From assembly GCF_000250635.1 (NCBI RefSeq), contig NC_016940.1, positions 1,160,995 to 1,224,994 of the forward strand: 64,000 bases of DNA, given 5' to 3'. The notes under the pieces were generated by a model that saw only the letters and a program-made list of their open reading frames with translations, was not told the origin of the DNA and searched no databases. Positions 18,722 through 29,128 of the stretch are shown one piece after another. Both the position numbers and the translations under genes were made by a program. Position 1 is the stretch's first letter. Every line of letters begins with the position of its first letter. Source of the stretch: Saprospira grandis str. Lewin. Its GTDB lineage: Bacteria > Bacteroidota > Bacteroidia > Chitinophagales > Saprospiraceae.

Positions 18722-21052
18722 TTACTCAATTCTGGCTACCGTATTGACCGCATCCAAGTTCTTAATCGACATAATAATCTGCTTGAGCTGGTCCTTATTT
18801 TGCACCATCAAACTAATCCGTCCTTCAAAATGACCCTCTAGGCCCTCCATAGAAAATGAACGCATATTGACGCCCAACTCATTGGTAATGATGTTAGACA
18901 ACTGCTGCACCACCCCCATATCATCCATGCCCGTAATCAAGAGATCGGCCACAAAAGAGGTTTCGCCAGACTCTACCCATTCCGCCTTTTTTATCCGATA
19001 GCCATAAGTGGCCTGCATATGCTCGGCATTGGGGCAGGTGGTCCGATGAATTTTTAAGCCATGCTTAGAGGTCACATAAGCAAAAATATCATCGCCCATA
19101 ACGGGATTGCAGCAGGTGGCCAAGGAGTAGGTATAATTGCTGGCATCTTCGCCATCTACCATCAATTTGGGCTTCTTAAACTGCTTGCGACTGGCCAAGG
19201 GACGTAATTTGGGGCCCTTGGGCTTTTCTATCTGTGCAATTTCCTCCTTAGGCGTATCGGCCAACTCTGGGAACAGCTTTCCCTGCTCCTGCCGCAAGAG
19301 CTTAATCTCATTTAAGTTGTACTGCCCCTGATAAATCCCATAATAAAGAGCGGGGCGATTCTCTAGGCCATAGTATTTGACCAGTACGTCTATATTCTCA
19401 TCGGCATCTAGCTTGAGGGTTTTTAGTTTGCGCTCTAGGGTTTCTTTGCCCAGGGCGCCCAACTTCATACGCTCCTCACGGAGCGCCTGACGGATCTTAT
19501 GTCGAGCCCGTCCAGTCTCCACCATCTTCAACCAACCCTTTGAGGGCTTTTGGTTGGGACTGGTCACCACCCTCAATTGGTCGCCATTTCGGAGGCGATA
19601 GCTAAGAGGAACAATCTTTTCGGCCACCTTGACCGCCTTACAATGATAGCCCACCTCCGAGTGAATATCAAAGGCAAAATCTAGGGCCGTGGCTCCTTTA
19701 GGGAAAAAGCGGAGGTCTCCCTTGGGCGTAAATACATAAACCTCCTCGGCAAAAAGGTTTGACTTAAAGCTGTTTAGAAACTCAATGGCATTGGTTTCTG
19801 GATTCTCTAACATTTCTCGGGCTTTGGTCAGCCAGCGTTCAAAGGTACTGCTTTGGCTGGATTTAACGCCCTTGTATTTCCAGTGTGCCGCAAAGCCCAT
19901 TTCGGCAATTTCATCCATGCGCTCCGAGCGAATTTGCACCTCGACAAAGCGGCCCTTGGGCCCCATAACTGTCGTATGCAAAGATTCATAGCCATTGGTC
20001 TTTGGCATAGATACCCAATCTTTTAGGCGTTCGGGCACGGGGGTATAGTAATCGGTAATGATAGAATAGACATTCCAACAGGCGGCCTTTTCTCTTTCAA
20101 TGGGTAAATCTAAAACAATCCGAATAGCAAAGAAATCATATATCTCCTCAAAGGCCAGTTGCTTCTTCTTGAGTTTGTTGTTAATGGAAGAAATGGATTT
20201 GGCTCGGCCAAAGATGCGGGCCTTATAGCCTGCAGCTTCTACAGCCTTGCGCACGGGAGCAATAAAATCTTCAATATAAGCCTCTCGCTCGTCCTTCGTT
20301 TCTTGTAATTTCTTGACAATGTCTTGGTACTCTGTAGGCTCGATGATCTTCATGACCAAATCTTCCATTTCCGTCTTTATGGAGTAGAAACCCAGACGGT
20401 GGGCCAAAGGCGCATAGATATAAGAGGTTTCTGAAGCAATCTTTAGCTGCTTATGATGAGGCATAGAGCCTAGGGTCCGCATATTATGTAGGCGGTCCGC
20501 CATCTTAATGAGCACCACCCGCACATCCTTGGCAATGGTCAAGAGGATCTTTTTAAAGTTTTCGGCCTGTGGGCTACTCATCTTATCGCCCTGTACATTA
20601 TTGGCATTGGCAATACCCGAAAACTTAGTCAGGCCATCTACAATAGAACTTACCTTTTGGCCAAACAATAACCGAATTTGGGCTAAATTAACCTCCGTAT
20701 CTTCTACCACATCATGCATAAGGGCCGCTTTGATAGAGCGAGGGGCCAAGCCTAACTCATCGGCACAAATACGGGCTACCTCTATGGGATGCAGAATATA
20801 AGGCTCTCCTGACTTTCGTCTTTGGCCCGCATGCGCCCGAAAAGCTAAAGTAAAAGCCAGACGCATTTCTCTTTCTTCCTCTGGCGGATAATCCATCCGC
20901 AGGCTGCCTAACAAATGCTCAAAGGCCGCATAGACTTCTTTTTCTTCATCGGCATTGAGATCGGTGGTTGGGTCTGGCAAATTTAAAGGCGCCAGCTTTT
21001 CTTCTATATAGTCTACCATAGTCTTATTCTTTTTATACAGGGCCCTACTCAT
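18722..21052 (-). CDS. relA: bifunctional (p)ppGpp synthetase/hydrolase RelA/SpoT-family
   Basis: 776 aa; HD hydrolase motif HDVVEDT, RelA/SpoT synthetase region, C-terminal TGS and ACT regions. Confidence 0.9.
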   Translation of the reverse strand: MSRALYKKNKTMVDYIEEKLAPLNLPDPTTDLNADEEKEVYAAFEHLLGSLRMDYPPEEEREMRLAFTLAFRAHAGQRRKSGEPYILHPIEVARICADELGLAPRSIKAALMHDVVEDTEVNLAQIRLLFGQKVSSIVDGLTKFSGIANANNVQGDKMSSPQAENFKKILLTIAKDVRVVLIKMADRLHNMRTLGSMPHHKQLKIASETSYIYAPLAHRLGFYSIKTEMEDLVMKIIEPTEYQDIVKKLQETKDEREAYIEDFIAPVRKAVEAAGYKARIFGRAKSISSINNKLKKKQLAFEEIYDFFAIRIVLDLPIEREKAACWNVYSIITDYYTPVPERLKDWVSMPKTNGYESLHTTVMGPKGRFVEVQIRSERMDEIAEMGFAAHWKYKGVKSSQSSTFERWLTKAREMLENPETNAIEFLNSFKSNLFAEEVYVFTPKGDLRFFPKGATALDFAFDIHSEVGYHCKAVKVAEKIVPLSYRLRNGDQLRVVTSPNQKPSKGWLKMVETGRARHKIRQALREERMKLGALGKETLERKLKTLKLDADENIDVLVKYYGLENRPALYYGIYQGQYNLNEIKLLRQEQGKLFPELADTPKEEIAQIEKPKGPKLRPLASRKQFKKPKLMVDGEDASNYTYSLATCCNPVMGDDIFAYVTSKHGLKIHRTTCPNAEHMQATYGYRIKKAEWVESGETSFVADLLITGMDDMGVVQQLSNIITNELGVNMRSFSMEGLEGHFEGRISLMVQNKDQLKQIIMSIKNLDAVNTVARIE

Positions 21053-21368
21053 CCAAAAATTTGATCCTCGGCCACCGCTTGCTCTTTTGCTTTCTTCTTT
21101 TAATAGAAAATCATTCTATTACAGAAAAAAATGCCCCTGCCCTAGCCCATAGGCTAAGCAGAGCACAACAACAAAAAAGAAATTTAGAGAGAAGCCCTTG
21201 CTTTTCCAAACTTTTTTAAGCTATTGTCTGCATCACTATATATTATATGTATAAAAGAAATAGGAAGCACTGCTTTTTTGCCCCTAAGTCAATTGATGAA
21301 TAAAGCAGAAAGCTCTTTTTATCAGCGGACTAGCATCCCTTAGGCTAAAAACAAGGCGCCAGAGGCCT

Positions 21369-21665
21369 CTGGATTGTTACATTTAACCGTGGGGATTCCC
21401 CACAGCCATCTGGATTGTTACATTTAACCGTGGGGATTCCCCACAGCCATCTGGATCGTTACATTTAACCGTGGGGATTCCCCACAGCCATCTGGATCGT
21501 TACATTTAACCGTGGGGATTCCCCACAGCCATCTGGATTGTTACATTTAACCGTGGGGATTCCCCACAGCCATCTGGATTGTTACATTTAGCCGTGGGGA
21601 TTCCCCACAGCCATCTGGATCGTTACATTTAGCCGTGGGGATTCCCCACAGCCATCTGGATCCTT
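21369..21665. repeat. tandem array, 41-bp unit x ~7.2, each unit containing palindrome GTGGGGA-T-TCCCCAC
   Basis: ctggattgttacatttaaccgtggggattccccacagccat repeated head-to-tail with point variants (gattg/gatcg, aacc/agcc) in AT-rich intergenic region. Confidence 0.95.
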
Positions 21666-21841
21666 AGATCATTATCTATAGTCTACACTTCCGTAACGAC
21701 CACAAAAACAGCCTTAATTTTTCTACGTAAACAACAAAAGTTAAAAAAGTTGTGTTTTTTTCTGCAAAAGACTTGACCTTATAAAATCGTTTACCTATAT
21801 TTATAACGTCAACTAATTAGTAAACTAATAAACGCAATCCA

Positions 21842-22825
21842 ATGGTAGAAACTACTGGCTGGATCAAGACGGAAAACTTCGTCTATACGACCACCAAAGA
21901 AAACAAAAAGAAGATGTACCTTTTAGCGAAGGATCATGTTCACAAATTGACAGAAAAAGCGAGCAGCGATCCTGTCATTCAAGACATCTTGAACTTTATT
22001 CTTCCTGCCTATGAGGACTTTCTTCTTCAGTATCGTAAGAATACGGTAGAGAGAAGAGACTATCAGCAGAAAACAGCAACATTTAAGTCCCTGATTGCTC
22101 AATTGTCTGGCGTTGAAATTCGCCGCTGGGATGTTGAAATTCAGATGACCTATGATATTGTTACCAATGATTACCGTCTATTTCTTCCCTACGGACGAGA
22201 GCCCTTCCAAAAAGGGACCTATGATATGCGCATTGAGGCAGTCATGACCTTGGGAGATTTGTTGAGCGCCGATCCGCAGCTTCAGGGCTTGGGGGCTCGT
22301 GTACTTGCCTTTGGCCAGCAGCTAGATGATCTTCGTGGCCAGCAGCAGGGAGTAGAAGGTAATAACGATGACAATGTAGATGATTTGGAAGCCAAGCGTG
22401 AAGAGCTCGCTATTATACTTTATGGTGCTTTTGCTCGCCTATTGGCCCATTATTATCGTACGCCCAAGCGGGTAGATAACTTTTATGAGCTCAAGTATTT
22501 CCGCCGCAGCCGAAATAGCAGCCCAGAGCAAGAAGAAGAAAACGACAACTTTAGCAACTTTGAAGTGGCCCTAAGTCCTGGCAGCAGCCAGCAGCAACTA
22601 GAGGGCCTACTTATTGGTGGCGAGCGCTTGCGTTTGCAGCATATTAGCGGAGAGCCCGTCTTGTACTACTTCTTGGTTAATTCTAGCGATAGCCCAGGCC
22701 AACAGTATGAGTTGCAGCCCAACCAAAGCGTTGAAGTGATTGTCCCGCTTGGCCATCGTCTTATTGTGCTAGAGAATCCTAGCCGCCAAGACAGCCTTGT
22801 CGAGATTGAGCTACTGCCTAGCTAG
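21842..22825 (+). CDS. hypothetical protein (327 aa) in AT-rich island
   Basis: long ORF, no domain recognised; followed by hairpin terminator. Confidence 0.5.
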   Translation: MVETTGWIKTENFVYTTTKENKKKMYLLAKDHVHKLTEKASSDPVIQDILNFILPAYEDFLLQYRKNTVERRDYQQKTATFKSLIAQLSGVEIRRWDVEIQMTYDIVTNDYRLFLPYGREPFQKGTYDMRIEAVMTLGDLLSADPQLQGLGARVLAFGQQLDDLRGQQQGVEGNNDDNVDDLEAKREELAIILYGAFARLLAHYYRTPKRVDNFYELKYFRRSRNSSPEQEEENDNFSNFEVALSPGSSQQQLEGLLIGGERLRLQHISGEPVLYYFLVNSSDSPGQQYELQPNQSVEVIVPLGHRLIVLENPSRQDSLVEIELLPS

Positions 22826-22840
22826 ACTTAGCAACAGAAC

Positions 22841-22870
22841 AGCCATCCAAGACTATGGATGGCTTTTTCT
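22841..22870 (+). terminator. rho-independent terminator
   Basis: agccatcc-aagactat-ggatggct stem plus TTTTT. Confidence 0.7.
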
Positions 22871-22901
22871 TTGTTTGGGTCTTTGGCCCAAGAGCTGGCC
22901 C

Positions 22902-22939
22902 AAAAAGAAAGCGGCCTAGGAGAAATTCTCCTAGGCCGC
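22902..22939 (-). terminator. rho-independent terminator of sppA
   Basis: gcggcctaggaga-aat-tctcctaggccgc 13-bp stem; A-rich on + = T-rich on -. Confidence 0.65.
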
Positions 22940-22961
22940 TACTTATTATGGTCCTATTGCC

Positions 22962-24776
22962 TTAATCTAGCTTTAATTCAAAAGGCAGGCGCATTTGTGG
23001 TCCTTGCATGCTTCGCAAGTCTTTCACCTGCTTCATCCAGATCAAAAGCTCGGGATCTAGATCTTGAAGCAATTGATTTTTCTGCCATTCGCTGGGCGAG
23101 AAATCAACTTTTTTGCCTCCTGTCAAGCTTTCCATCAGCTCTTCTTCAAAGTTTTTGATCTTGGGGTAATGCACGGCATCATAGCTTTCGCCCAAATTGG
23201 CCAAGGCGGCAGCTTCTGTAATAGCGGCATCTAGGCCCGCAAGGCTATCGACCAATCCAATTTCTAGAGCGGCAGTGCCCAGCCATACACGGCCCTGAGC
23301 AATGCTATCTACATGGGCGCGCTTGAGGCCACGGCCCTCGCTCACTCGGTTTTTGAACAAGTCGTAAATCTCCTCAATAGATTGGGTAATGATGGCCCCC
23401 TCCTCTTCATTGAAGGCGTAATATTGGCCCATATCCCGACTCATGATTGAGAACTTGCCCGTTTTTACAGTATCCATGCTCAAGCCCAATTTCTCTTCAT
23501 AGAGGCCGCGCATATTGGGGATCATACCGAATACCCCAATTGAACCCGTAATGGTATTGCTTTCGGCAAAGATTTTATCCGAGTTAGAAGCAATATAATA
23601 GCCGCCCGAAGCCGCTACATCTCCCATAGAGGTCACTACCTTAATGCCCTGTTCTTTGGCCAACTCAATTTCTCTCCAGATGACCTCAGAGGCAAAGGCA
23701 GAGCCCCCACCAGAATTTACTCGCAAAACAATGGCTTTCACCTTATCATCTTCACGGATTTCGCGGATGGTGCGAGCATAGAACTCGCCCCCAATACTCC
23801 CGCGATCGCCTTCGCCATCAACGATGCTTCCTTCTGCAAAGATGACGGCTACCTTATCCGAGCCCGCAGAGCGTTCCCGCAAGGCCTTTTTCTTCACATC
23901 ATAGTAGCCAGAAAGCCCCACAAACTTCAGTTTGGCCTTTTTGTCATCCTGAATCCCGACTAGCTCACGCAACTCCTTAATGACTTCATCCTTATACTTC
24001 AGGGCATCTACCATACCGTATTGTAGGGCCGCATTGGCATTGCGAATCTTAGCCTGATTGGCCAATTGGTATAGACTATCGGCAGAGATGCCACGGCTCT
24101 CGCCAATGACCTCCAAATACTGCATATAGGCCCCATTGAGGTACTCCCGCACTTGCTTGCGGTTGGCCTCGCTCATATCCGTTCTGCGGAAAGGCTCGGT
24201 AGCGCTCTTAAATTTTCCTGCATAGTAGATCTGTGCTTTTACACCCAGCTTATCCATTAGGCCCTTATAGTACATAATTTGGCCCCCAAAGCCCATGAAA
24301 TCAATACCGCCCATAGGGTGCAAATACAACTTATCTGCGGCAGAGGCTAGGTAGTAAGTAGACTGCGAATAGCTATTGGCATAACCCAAGACAAACTTCC
24401 CTGAGGCCTGAAAATCGGCTAGGGCTTCGCGGACCTTTTTCATGCTAGCAAAACCACCGGGGCTGCTCTTGGGAGAAAGGTAAATCCCCTTGATATTGGG
24501 GTCCTCCTTGGCCATGGCAATCAACTGCAAAAGGTCGGCTAGACCTACATTCTCGGCAAAGAGGCTTTCTAGGTCGGTGGCCCCACTTTTGTCCAAATTA
24601 TTGCTCAATTCTGGAACAGCGGCCCCAAAATCTAGCTTCAAGATGCTGTTTTCCTCTACCTCAGGATCGCCGGGCTGGTTGAGCAGCACAATAGTCATAA
24701 TAATAGCCCCCAAACCAAAGAGACCGACAATGGTCCCGAAGCAGGAAGCAAAAAACTCACGGATAAAATTCTTCAT
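22962..24776 (-). CDS. sppA: signal peptide peptidase SppA (67K type, tandem S49 domains)
   Basis: 604 aa; N-terminal TM; two ClpP-fold S49 regions (VAASGGYYIASN, SGGGSAFASE). Confidence 0.85.
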   Translation of the reverse strand: MKNFIREFFASCFGTIVGLFGLGAIIMTIVLLNQPGDPEVEENSILKLDFGAAVPELSNNLDKSGATDLESLFAENVGLADLLQLIAMAKEDPNIKGIYLSPKSSPGGFASMKKVREALADFQASGKFVLGYANSYSQSTYYLASAADKLYLHPMGGIDFMGFGGQIMYYKGLMDKLGVKAQIYYAGKFKSATEPFRRTDMSEANRKQVREYLNGAYMQYLEVIGESRGISADSLYQLANQAKIRNANAALQYGMVDALKYKDEVIKELRELVGIQDDKKAKLKFVGLSGYYDVKKKALRERSAGSDKVAVIFAEGSIVDGEGDRGSIGGEFYARTIREIREDDKVKAIVLRVNSGGGSAFASEVIWREIELAKEQGIKVVTSMGDVAASGGYYIASNSDKIFAESNTITGSIGVFGMIPNMRGLYEEKLGLSMDTVKTGKFSIMSRDMGQYYAFNEEEGAIITQSIEEIYDLFKNRVSEGRGLKRAHVDSIAQGRVWLGTAALEIGLVDSLAGLDAAITEAAALANLGESYDAVHYPKIKNFEEELMESLTGGKKVDFSPSEWQKNQLLQDLDPELLIWMKQVKDLRSMQGPQMRLPFELKLD

Positions 24777-24811
24777 AGATGATTGATTTATTAGATATGT
24801 TCTTTTTCTGA

Positions 24812-25040
24812 TGATTTGGGGCTGCCCCGCCCTGCGGGCGGGTCGGGCTGTCTCGCAGCTCGCTGTTCGCTCGGCCCTGCGCGGGCTGCGCCCGCTGGGT
24901 CTGGCCTTCGGCCACTGCTGCCCATCCCTCAGCCTCTGCGGCTAAAGCCGCAGCCAAGCGGCATAGCGCTTTGCGCTATTGGCTAAGATGGCGGGCTGGG
25001 GCCCGCCATATCGGCGGCTTCGCCGCCTCTTTGGACCAAA
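24812..25040. repeat. REP-like mosaic element (forward) with extra 3' hairpin modules
   Basis: ttggggctgccccgccctgcgggcgggtcgggctgtctcgcagctcgctgttcgctcggccctgc..cccatccctcagcc. Confidence 0.85.
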
Positions 25041-25144
25041 AAGGCCGCCTTGCTCAATTCATTAGAGAAAATAGTCAAAGTTTTTGGGACAAAAAAAGGG
25101 CTGCCCCTAAAAGTCGACAGCCCCACAGATATTTCGGACAAAAC

Positions 25145-25921
25145 TTAGTGCCCTTTAAAATTGGGCGCACGTTTCTCCAAGAAAGCCGAGGCCCCTTCCT
25201 TAAAGTCTTCGGTATTCACGGCATTGGCAAACTCGATTACTTCTTTCTCGAAGCCGCCCTTGCTAAAGTGGCTATTGACACATTCGATCACTTTTTGGAT
25301 AGCGATAGGGGCTTTAGTAGCAATCTTCTCTAGGAGTTCTTTGGCCTTAGCGACCTCCTCTCCTGCGGGCGTGACATAATTCAGCAAGCCGAGGCGGTAA
25401 GCCTCTTCGGCCTTAATCATATCGCCGGTCATGAGTAATTCGATGGCTTTGGTTTTGCCCAAGTATTGGATCAAGCGTTGGGTTCCGCCATAGCCGGGGA
25501 TAATGCCCAGATTTACCTCGGGTTGGCCAAAGCGGGCCTTCTCGCTAGCTACACGAAGGTGGCAAGCCATGGCCAGCTCACAGCCACCGCCCAAGGCAAA
25601 ACCATTGATCGCAGCGACAACAGGAACCTTAAACTCTTCAATCAAAAAGAAAATATCTTGGCCATGTTGGGCCATCTCCAAACCAGCCTGAGCGTCTAGT
25701 CCAGTAAACTCGCTAATATCGGCACCGGCCACAAAAGACTTGGGGCCTGCTCCAGTAAGGACCACCCCTTTAAGGCCTTCTACGGCTAGGGCATCTTGGC
25801 CAAAAAACTGCTTGAGCTCCTTCAAAGTTTGTTGATTGAGGGCATTGAGCGCTTTAGGGCGATTGATAGTTAGTGTAATGATGCCGTTTTCTTCAACGGC
25901 CAAAAGATTCTGATAAGTCAT
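25145..25921 (-). CDS. enoyl-CoA hydratase/isomerase (crotonase family)
   Basis: MTYQNLLAVEENGIITLTINRPKALNALN, AAINGFALGGGCELAMACH; the track ORF (to 26299) runs upstream into a REP element, so trimmed to ATG 25921. Confidence 0.85.
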   Translation of the reverse strand: MTYQNLLAVEENGIITLTINRPKALNALNQQTLKELKQFFGQDALAVEGLKGVVLTGAGPKSFVAGADISEFTGLDAQAGLEMAQHGQDIFFLIEEFKVPVVAAINGFALGGGCELAMACHLRVASEKARFGQPEVNLGIIPGYGGTQRLIQYLGKTKAIELLMTGDMIKAEEAYRLGLLNYVTPAGEEVAKAKELLEKIATKAPIAIQKVIECVNSHFSKGGFEKEVIEFANAVNTEDFKEGASAFLEKRAPNFKGH

Positions 25922-25957
25922 AATGATATCTGATTGATCAAATGGATGTTTTTCTAT

Positions 25958-26112
25958 TGTGCTGCGTCTAGAGGCGGGCGCAGCCCGCCGGCCTAGCGAT
26001 GGTAGGCAGTGCGGCGCAGCCGCAGACCCAGGCGCTGAAAGCGCCGCAGGGCCGAGCGAATAGCGAGCTGCCGAACGTAGCGCCGACGAGCGAAGCGAGG
26101 CGGAGGCCCCAA
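25958..26112. repeat. REP-like mosaic element (reverse)
   Basis: gcagggccgagcgaatagcgagctgccgaacgtagcgccg..gaggcggaggcccc. Confidence 0.75.
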
Positions 26113-26120
26113 ACAGAAGG

Positions 26121-28526
26121 CTATCGCTTTCTTTGCCAGAACAGCAAGCCCCCAAAGATAAGAAAGCCGAGCAAACTCCCCAAGAGGGCGGGCTGCCAAT
26201 AAGGGGGGGAAAACTGCAATTCGATTTGGTGCTGGCCTGCAGGCAGCGGAAGGGCCATAAAACCCAGTTGGGCCCGATAAATCGGCTGCGCCTCCCCATT
26301 GACCAAAAGTTGCCAATTTGGATCGAAGGGAATAGAGAGGAAGAGGGCTGCGGGCTGCTCTAAGGCTATTTCGCCTTGGAGCTGCTTTTGGCCCAACTTG
26401 CTCCAGCGAACGACTTGGCGACTTCGGTTGGCGACATCTTGGCCCAGCTCATTTGGGCCATAAGCCTGAGGGTTGAGATTATTCAAGGGGTTGTCCTGCA
26501 GAGCAGTAAAAGCCCCTAGATCCTCTTGGGCCAGCACCAAAGTTTTGAGCAAAGCCATCTGTTGTCTAATTGATTGATTATCCTTGGGCAGGGCCTCCCA
26601 TTGCTTTTCCGAGCATTTTGTATCGTAAGTGAAGCCTAGGGGAAGAAACATACTATTCTTCCAAATCTTGACGGCCCCCACACTATCTTGCAAAACATAA
26701 AAGAAAGGATTGAGGGGTTCCTTAGCCAGCCAATACTTGCTGCTAGCTAGGACCTGCAAAAGGGGCCGTTGGCGAATGCCGGGGGCCCAGCGGGTTTGGT
26801 TTTCGTCCTGGGGATCAATCACTGCAGTTTTGGCCAAAAAGCGGATATAATTCTTTTGGTTGAAAGAGTGATAAGAGGAGGAGCCCTTGAAGTTTTGGAC
26901 CTTGGCATCATTGAGGCCATTGTGCATAGCGGGGCTAGAACTATACATCTTCTCTATGCGATAAAAGCCAGAGTCTTGGGCTTCAATTTTGGCCAAAGCG
27001 GTCATGCTCTCATCTTGGTAGCCTATATTTTTGGACCATTCTTCTTTGCTGATCATTTGGCGGTCGCTGCTATAGACCTGCTTAGCCGAGAAAATCAGCT
27101 CCGCCAAAAAGAGCAGGGCCAGAAAACCAAAGGCCTGCAAGCGATATTTTTCAACGGCTAGGGCCGCAATGGCTAGCGCGCTCCCCAGCAAAAAGATAAA
27201 GAGCAAATTCTGCAAAGGCTGATCGACCTCTACCTCTTTGGCCGATAGAAAAGGAACATAGAGCAGAGCCGCCCAAAAGACCAGGCTAAAAATGAGCAGC
27301 CAAATATTGGGTTTGGCTCCCTGCAACAGCTTAGAGAGTCCCTTTAGGGCCAAAAGCAGCAAGCCCGTGGCCACAAAAAGCGAGTAAATGCGGTAATAAT
27401 TTCCTGCGTACAGCCAAATGCTATATCGGAAAAAGGGAATAAAAAGCGGGAGCAAGAGTAAAATCAAGGCGGCCAAGCTCAGGTAGCGTTGCTTGCCCTT
27501 TTGGAAAAAGAGCGCTTGGGGCAAAAGCAAGAGCAAAGGGAGAGCGATATAGAGACTAGGGGCCTCTAGGTAATTATTCCAACCCTTATAGGCCAGAACA
27601 TTTTGGCCATTGGGCAACTGCTCATAGGCAGCCCCAAAGAAAAAGTTGGGAGAAAAGAGTCGGCCAAGGATCGTTAGGGCCTCTGCCTTTTGGGTACTGC
27701 CGAGGCCTTCCTGCATCAATTGGGCAAAAAAGGCGGATTCTCCGCCCACACGGGGGCTGTTGAGAATTTGGTCAATAGTACTAATTAGGAGGACCGAGCT
27801 CATGAGTAGGCCAACCGCTCCCCAGATCATTAGCCAGAGGTAGAGTTGGATAATGGCTTTTTTATCTTTCTCCCCCAACTCCAAGAGGCGAAAAACGCTA
27901 TAAACGCCTACAAAGAGGCCAATAATATAGAGATCTACCGGCATATTGAGGGCCAAGAAAAAGACCGAAAGGCCGAAAGTCTCTCCTTTTTGTTTGGCCA
28001 GTAGGCGCTCAAAGCCCCAGAGGCAAAGCGCCATAAAAACGGCTTGAGTGCTGAAGACATACCAGCCTGCGCCAATGAGCAGAAAGCCAGAGAAAGCGAA
28101 GGCTAGTCCCCCCGCCATTTGGGCCAGGGGCGCCAGCTGTCTATAGCCTAAAAAGCGAAAGAAAAAGAAAGCCGCCAAAAGCAGCTTGAGTGCTTCCATC
28201 CAAGCGATGCCATAGGCCAGTTGTTTTGGGCCGAGGAGATAGAGCGGCCATTGGAAGGGGTCGCCTAGGCTAAGGGGGAGAATATTTTGTCCCATTCCTT
28301 GTTGGAAAGACCAAGTAGGGAGTCCCTCTTTTTGGAGGTAGTCTGCTACATGATGGAGTTGGGGATAAAACACATTGAGCGTATCGCTTCCAATATCTTT
28401 AAAGAGAAAGAGGTCTGGGCCAAAGAGAAAAGCGCTAAAGGCCAGCAGAAGCAAGATAGTCGTCAGGCCCAAAAAGATATAGGTTTTATGGGGCAGCCAT
28501 TTTTGGGGAATAAGCGAAGAGGACAT
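26121..28526 (-). CDS. YfhO-family polytopic membrane protein
   Basis: 801 aa; N-terminus ..FKDIGSDTLNVFYPQLHHVADYL.. typical YfhO; many TM helices then C-terminal soluble domain. Confidence 0.7.
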   Translation of the reverse strand: MSSSLIPQKWLPHKTYIFLGLTTILLLLAFSAFLFGPDLFLFKDIGSDTLNVFYPQLHHVADYLQKEGLPTWSFQQGMGQNILPLSLGDPFQWPLYLLGPKQLAYGIAWMEALKLLLAAFFFFRFLGYRQLAPLAQMAGGLAFAFSGFLLIGAGWYVFSTQAVFMALCLWGFERLLAKQKGETFGLSVFFLALNMPVDLYIIGLFVGVYSVFRLLELGEKDKKAIIQLYLWLMIWGAVGLLMSSVLLISTIDQILNSPRVGGESAFFAQLMQEGLGSTQKAEALTILGRLFSPNFFFGAAYEQLPNGQNVLAYKGWNNYLEAPSLYIALPLLLLLPQALFFQKGKQRYLSLAALILLLLPLFIPFFRYSIWLYAGNYYRIYSLFVATGLLLLALKGLSKLLQGAKPNIWLLIFSLVFWAALLYVPFLSAKEVEVDQPLQNLLFIFLLGSALAIAALAVEKYRLQAFGFLALLFLAELIFSAKQVYSSDRQMISKEEWSKNIGYQDESMTALAKIEAQDSGFYRIEKMYSSSPAMHNGLNDAKVQNFKGSSSYHSFNQKNYIRFLAKTAVIDPQDENQTRWAPGIRQRPLLQVLASSKYWLAKEPLNPFFYVLQDSVGAVKIWKNSMFLPLGFTYDTKCSEKQWEALPKDNQSIRQQMALLKTLVLAQEDLGAFTALQDNPLNNLNPQAYGPNELGQDVANRSRQVVRWSKLGQKQLQGEIALEQPAALFLSIPFDPNWQLLVNGEAQPIYRAQLGFMALPLPAGQHQIELQFSPPYWQPALLGSLLGFLIFGGLLFWQRKR

Positions 28527-28642
28527 AAGGCGAAGAATTAGGGAAGCCCATTATGCTAGGGGCTTCCGTTGCGCTAAAATTGACTAAAAAAAGGCCCTTC
28601 TCAGCCAAGAGAAGAGCCTATAGAAAAGATTGCTTGTTATAA

Positions 28643-29110
28643 CTAGTTAGAGCGTTTGTTGGCCAAATAGCTTACTCGGCGGAAGTTGGCTTTACGCAGC
28701 TCTGTTTTTACATCGGTGATGAGTCCCATTTTCACTTCCCCATCAATTTTCATGGCACAAGTCATTTCGTTGTGGCGTTCGGGGTTAATGGCCGAACGTT
28801 CTACATTGACAAACTGCATGATATCATCAGGAGTAGCAAAAGCATCGTTAAGTTGGATCTTAGGAGCCGAACCAAACTGAGCTTGATAAACGGGAGAAGG
28901 AGGACCGATGAAGATATGGCTCACCATAGATTTCTTCTCTAGCTTTTGAAGTTCAGTAGCTTGAGGAATTCTGACGCGCACCTTTACATCTGCATCACGC
29001 ATTTTTGTTACTACCATAAAGAAACAGAGCAACATAAAAACGATATCGGGTAAAGAGGCGGTGGTGATACCGGGGGCATCCTTCTTTTTATTCTTCTTAA
29101 ATTTAGACAT
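28643..29110 (-). CDS. exbD: biopolymer transport protein ExbD/TolR
   Basis: 155 aa; single N-terminal TM (ITTASLPDIVFMLLCFFMVVT) plus periplasmic domain. Confidence 0.75.
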   Translation of the reverse strand: MSKFKKNKKKDAPGITTASLPDIVFMLLCFFMVVTKMRDADVKVRVRIPQATELQKLEKKSMVSHIFIGPPSPVYQAQFGSAPKIQLNDAFATPDDIMQFVNVERSAINPERHNEMTCAMKIDGEVKMGLITDVKTELRKANFRRVSYLANKRSN

Positions 29111-29128
29111 GGTCTAGTGGTTTAAGAT

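Noticed and set aside
21369-21665. Possible CRISPR array
   Set aside because: The 41-bp units are contiguous with no unique spacers between them. This is a plain tandem repeat, not repeat-spacer architecture, and no cas genes are nearby.
25922-26299. Long N-terminal extension of the enoyl-CoA hydratase ORF (track 25145..26299)
   Set aside because: The upstream 126 codons run through a REP element and are low-complexity. The canonical crotonase N-terminus MTYQNLLAVEENGIITL starts at ATG 25921.
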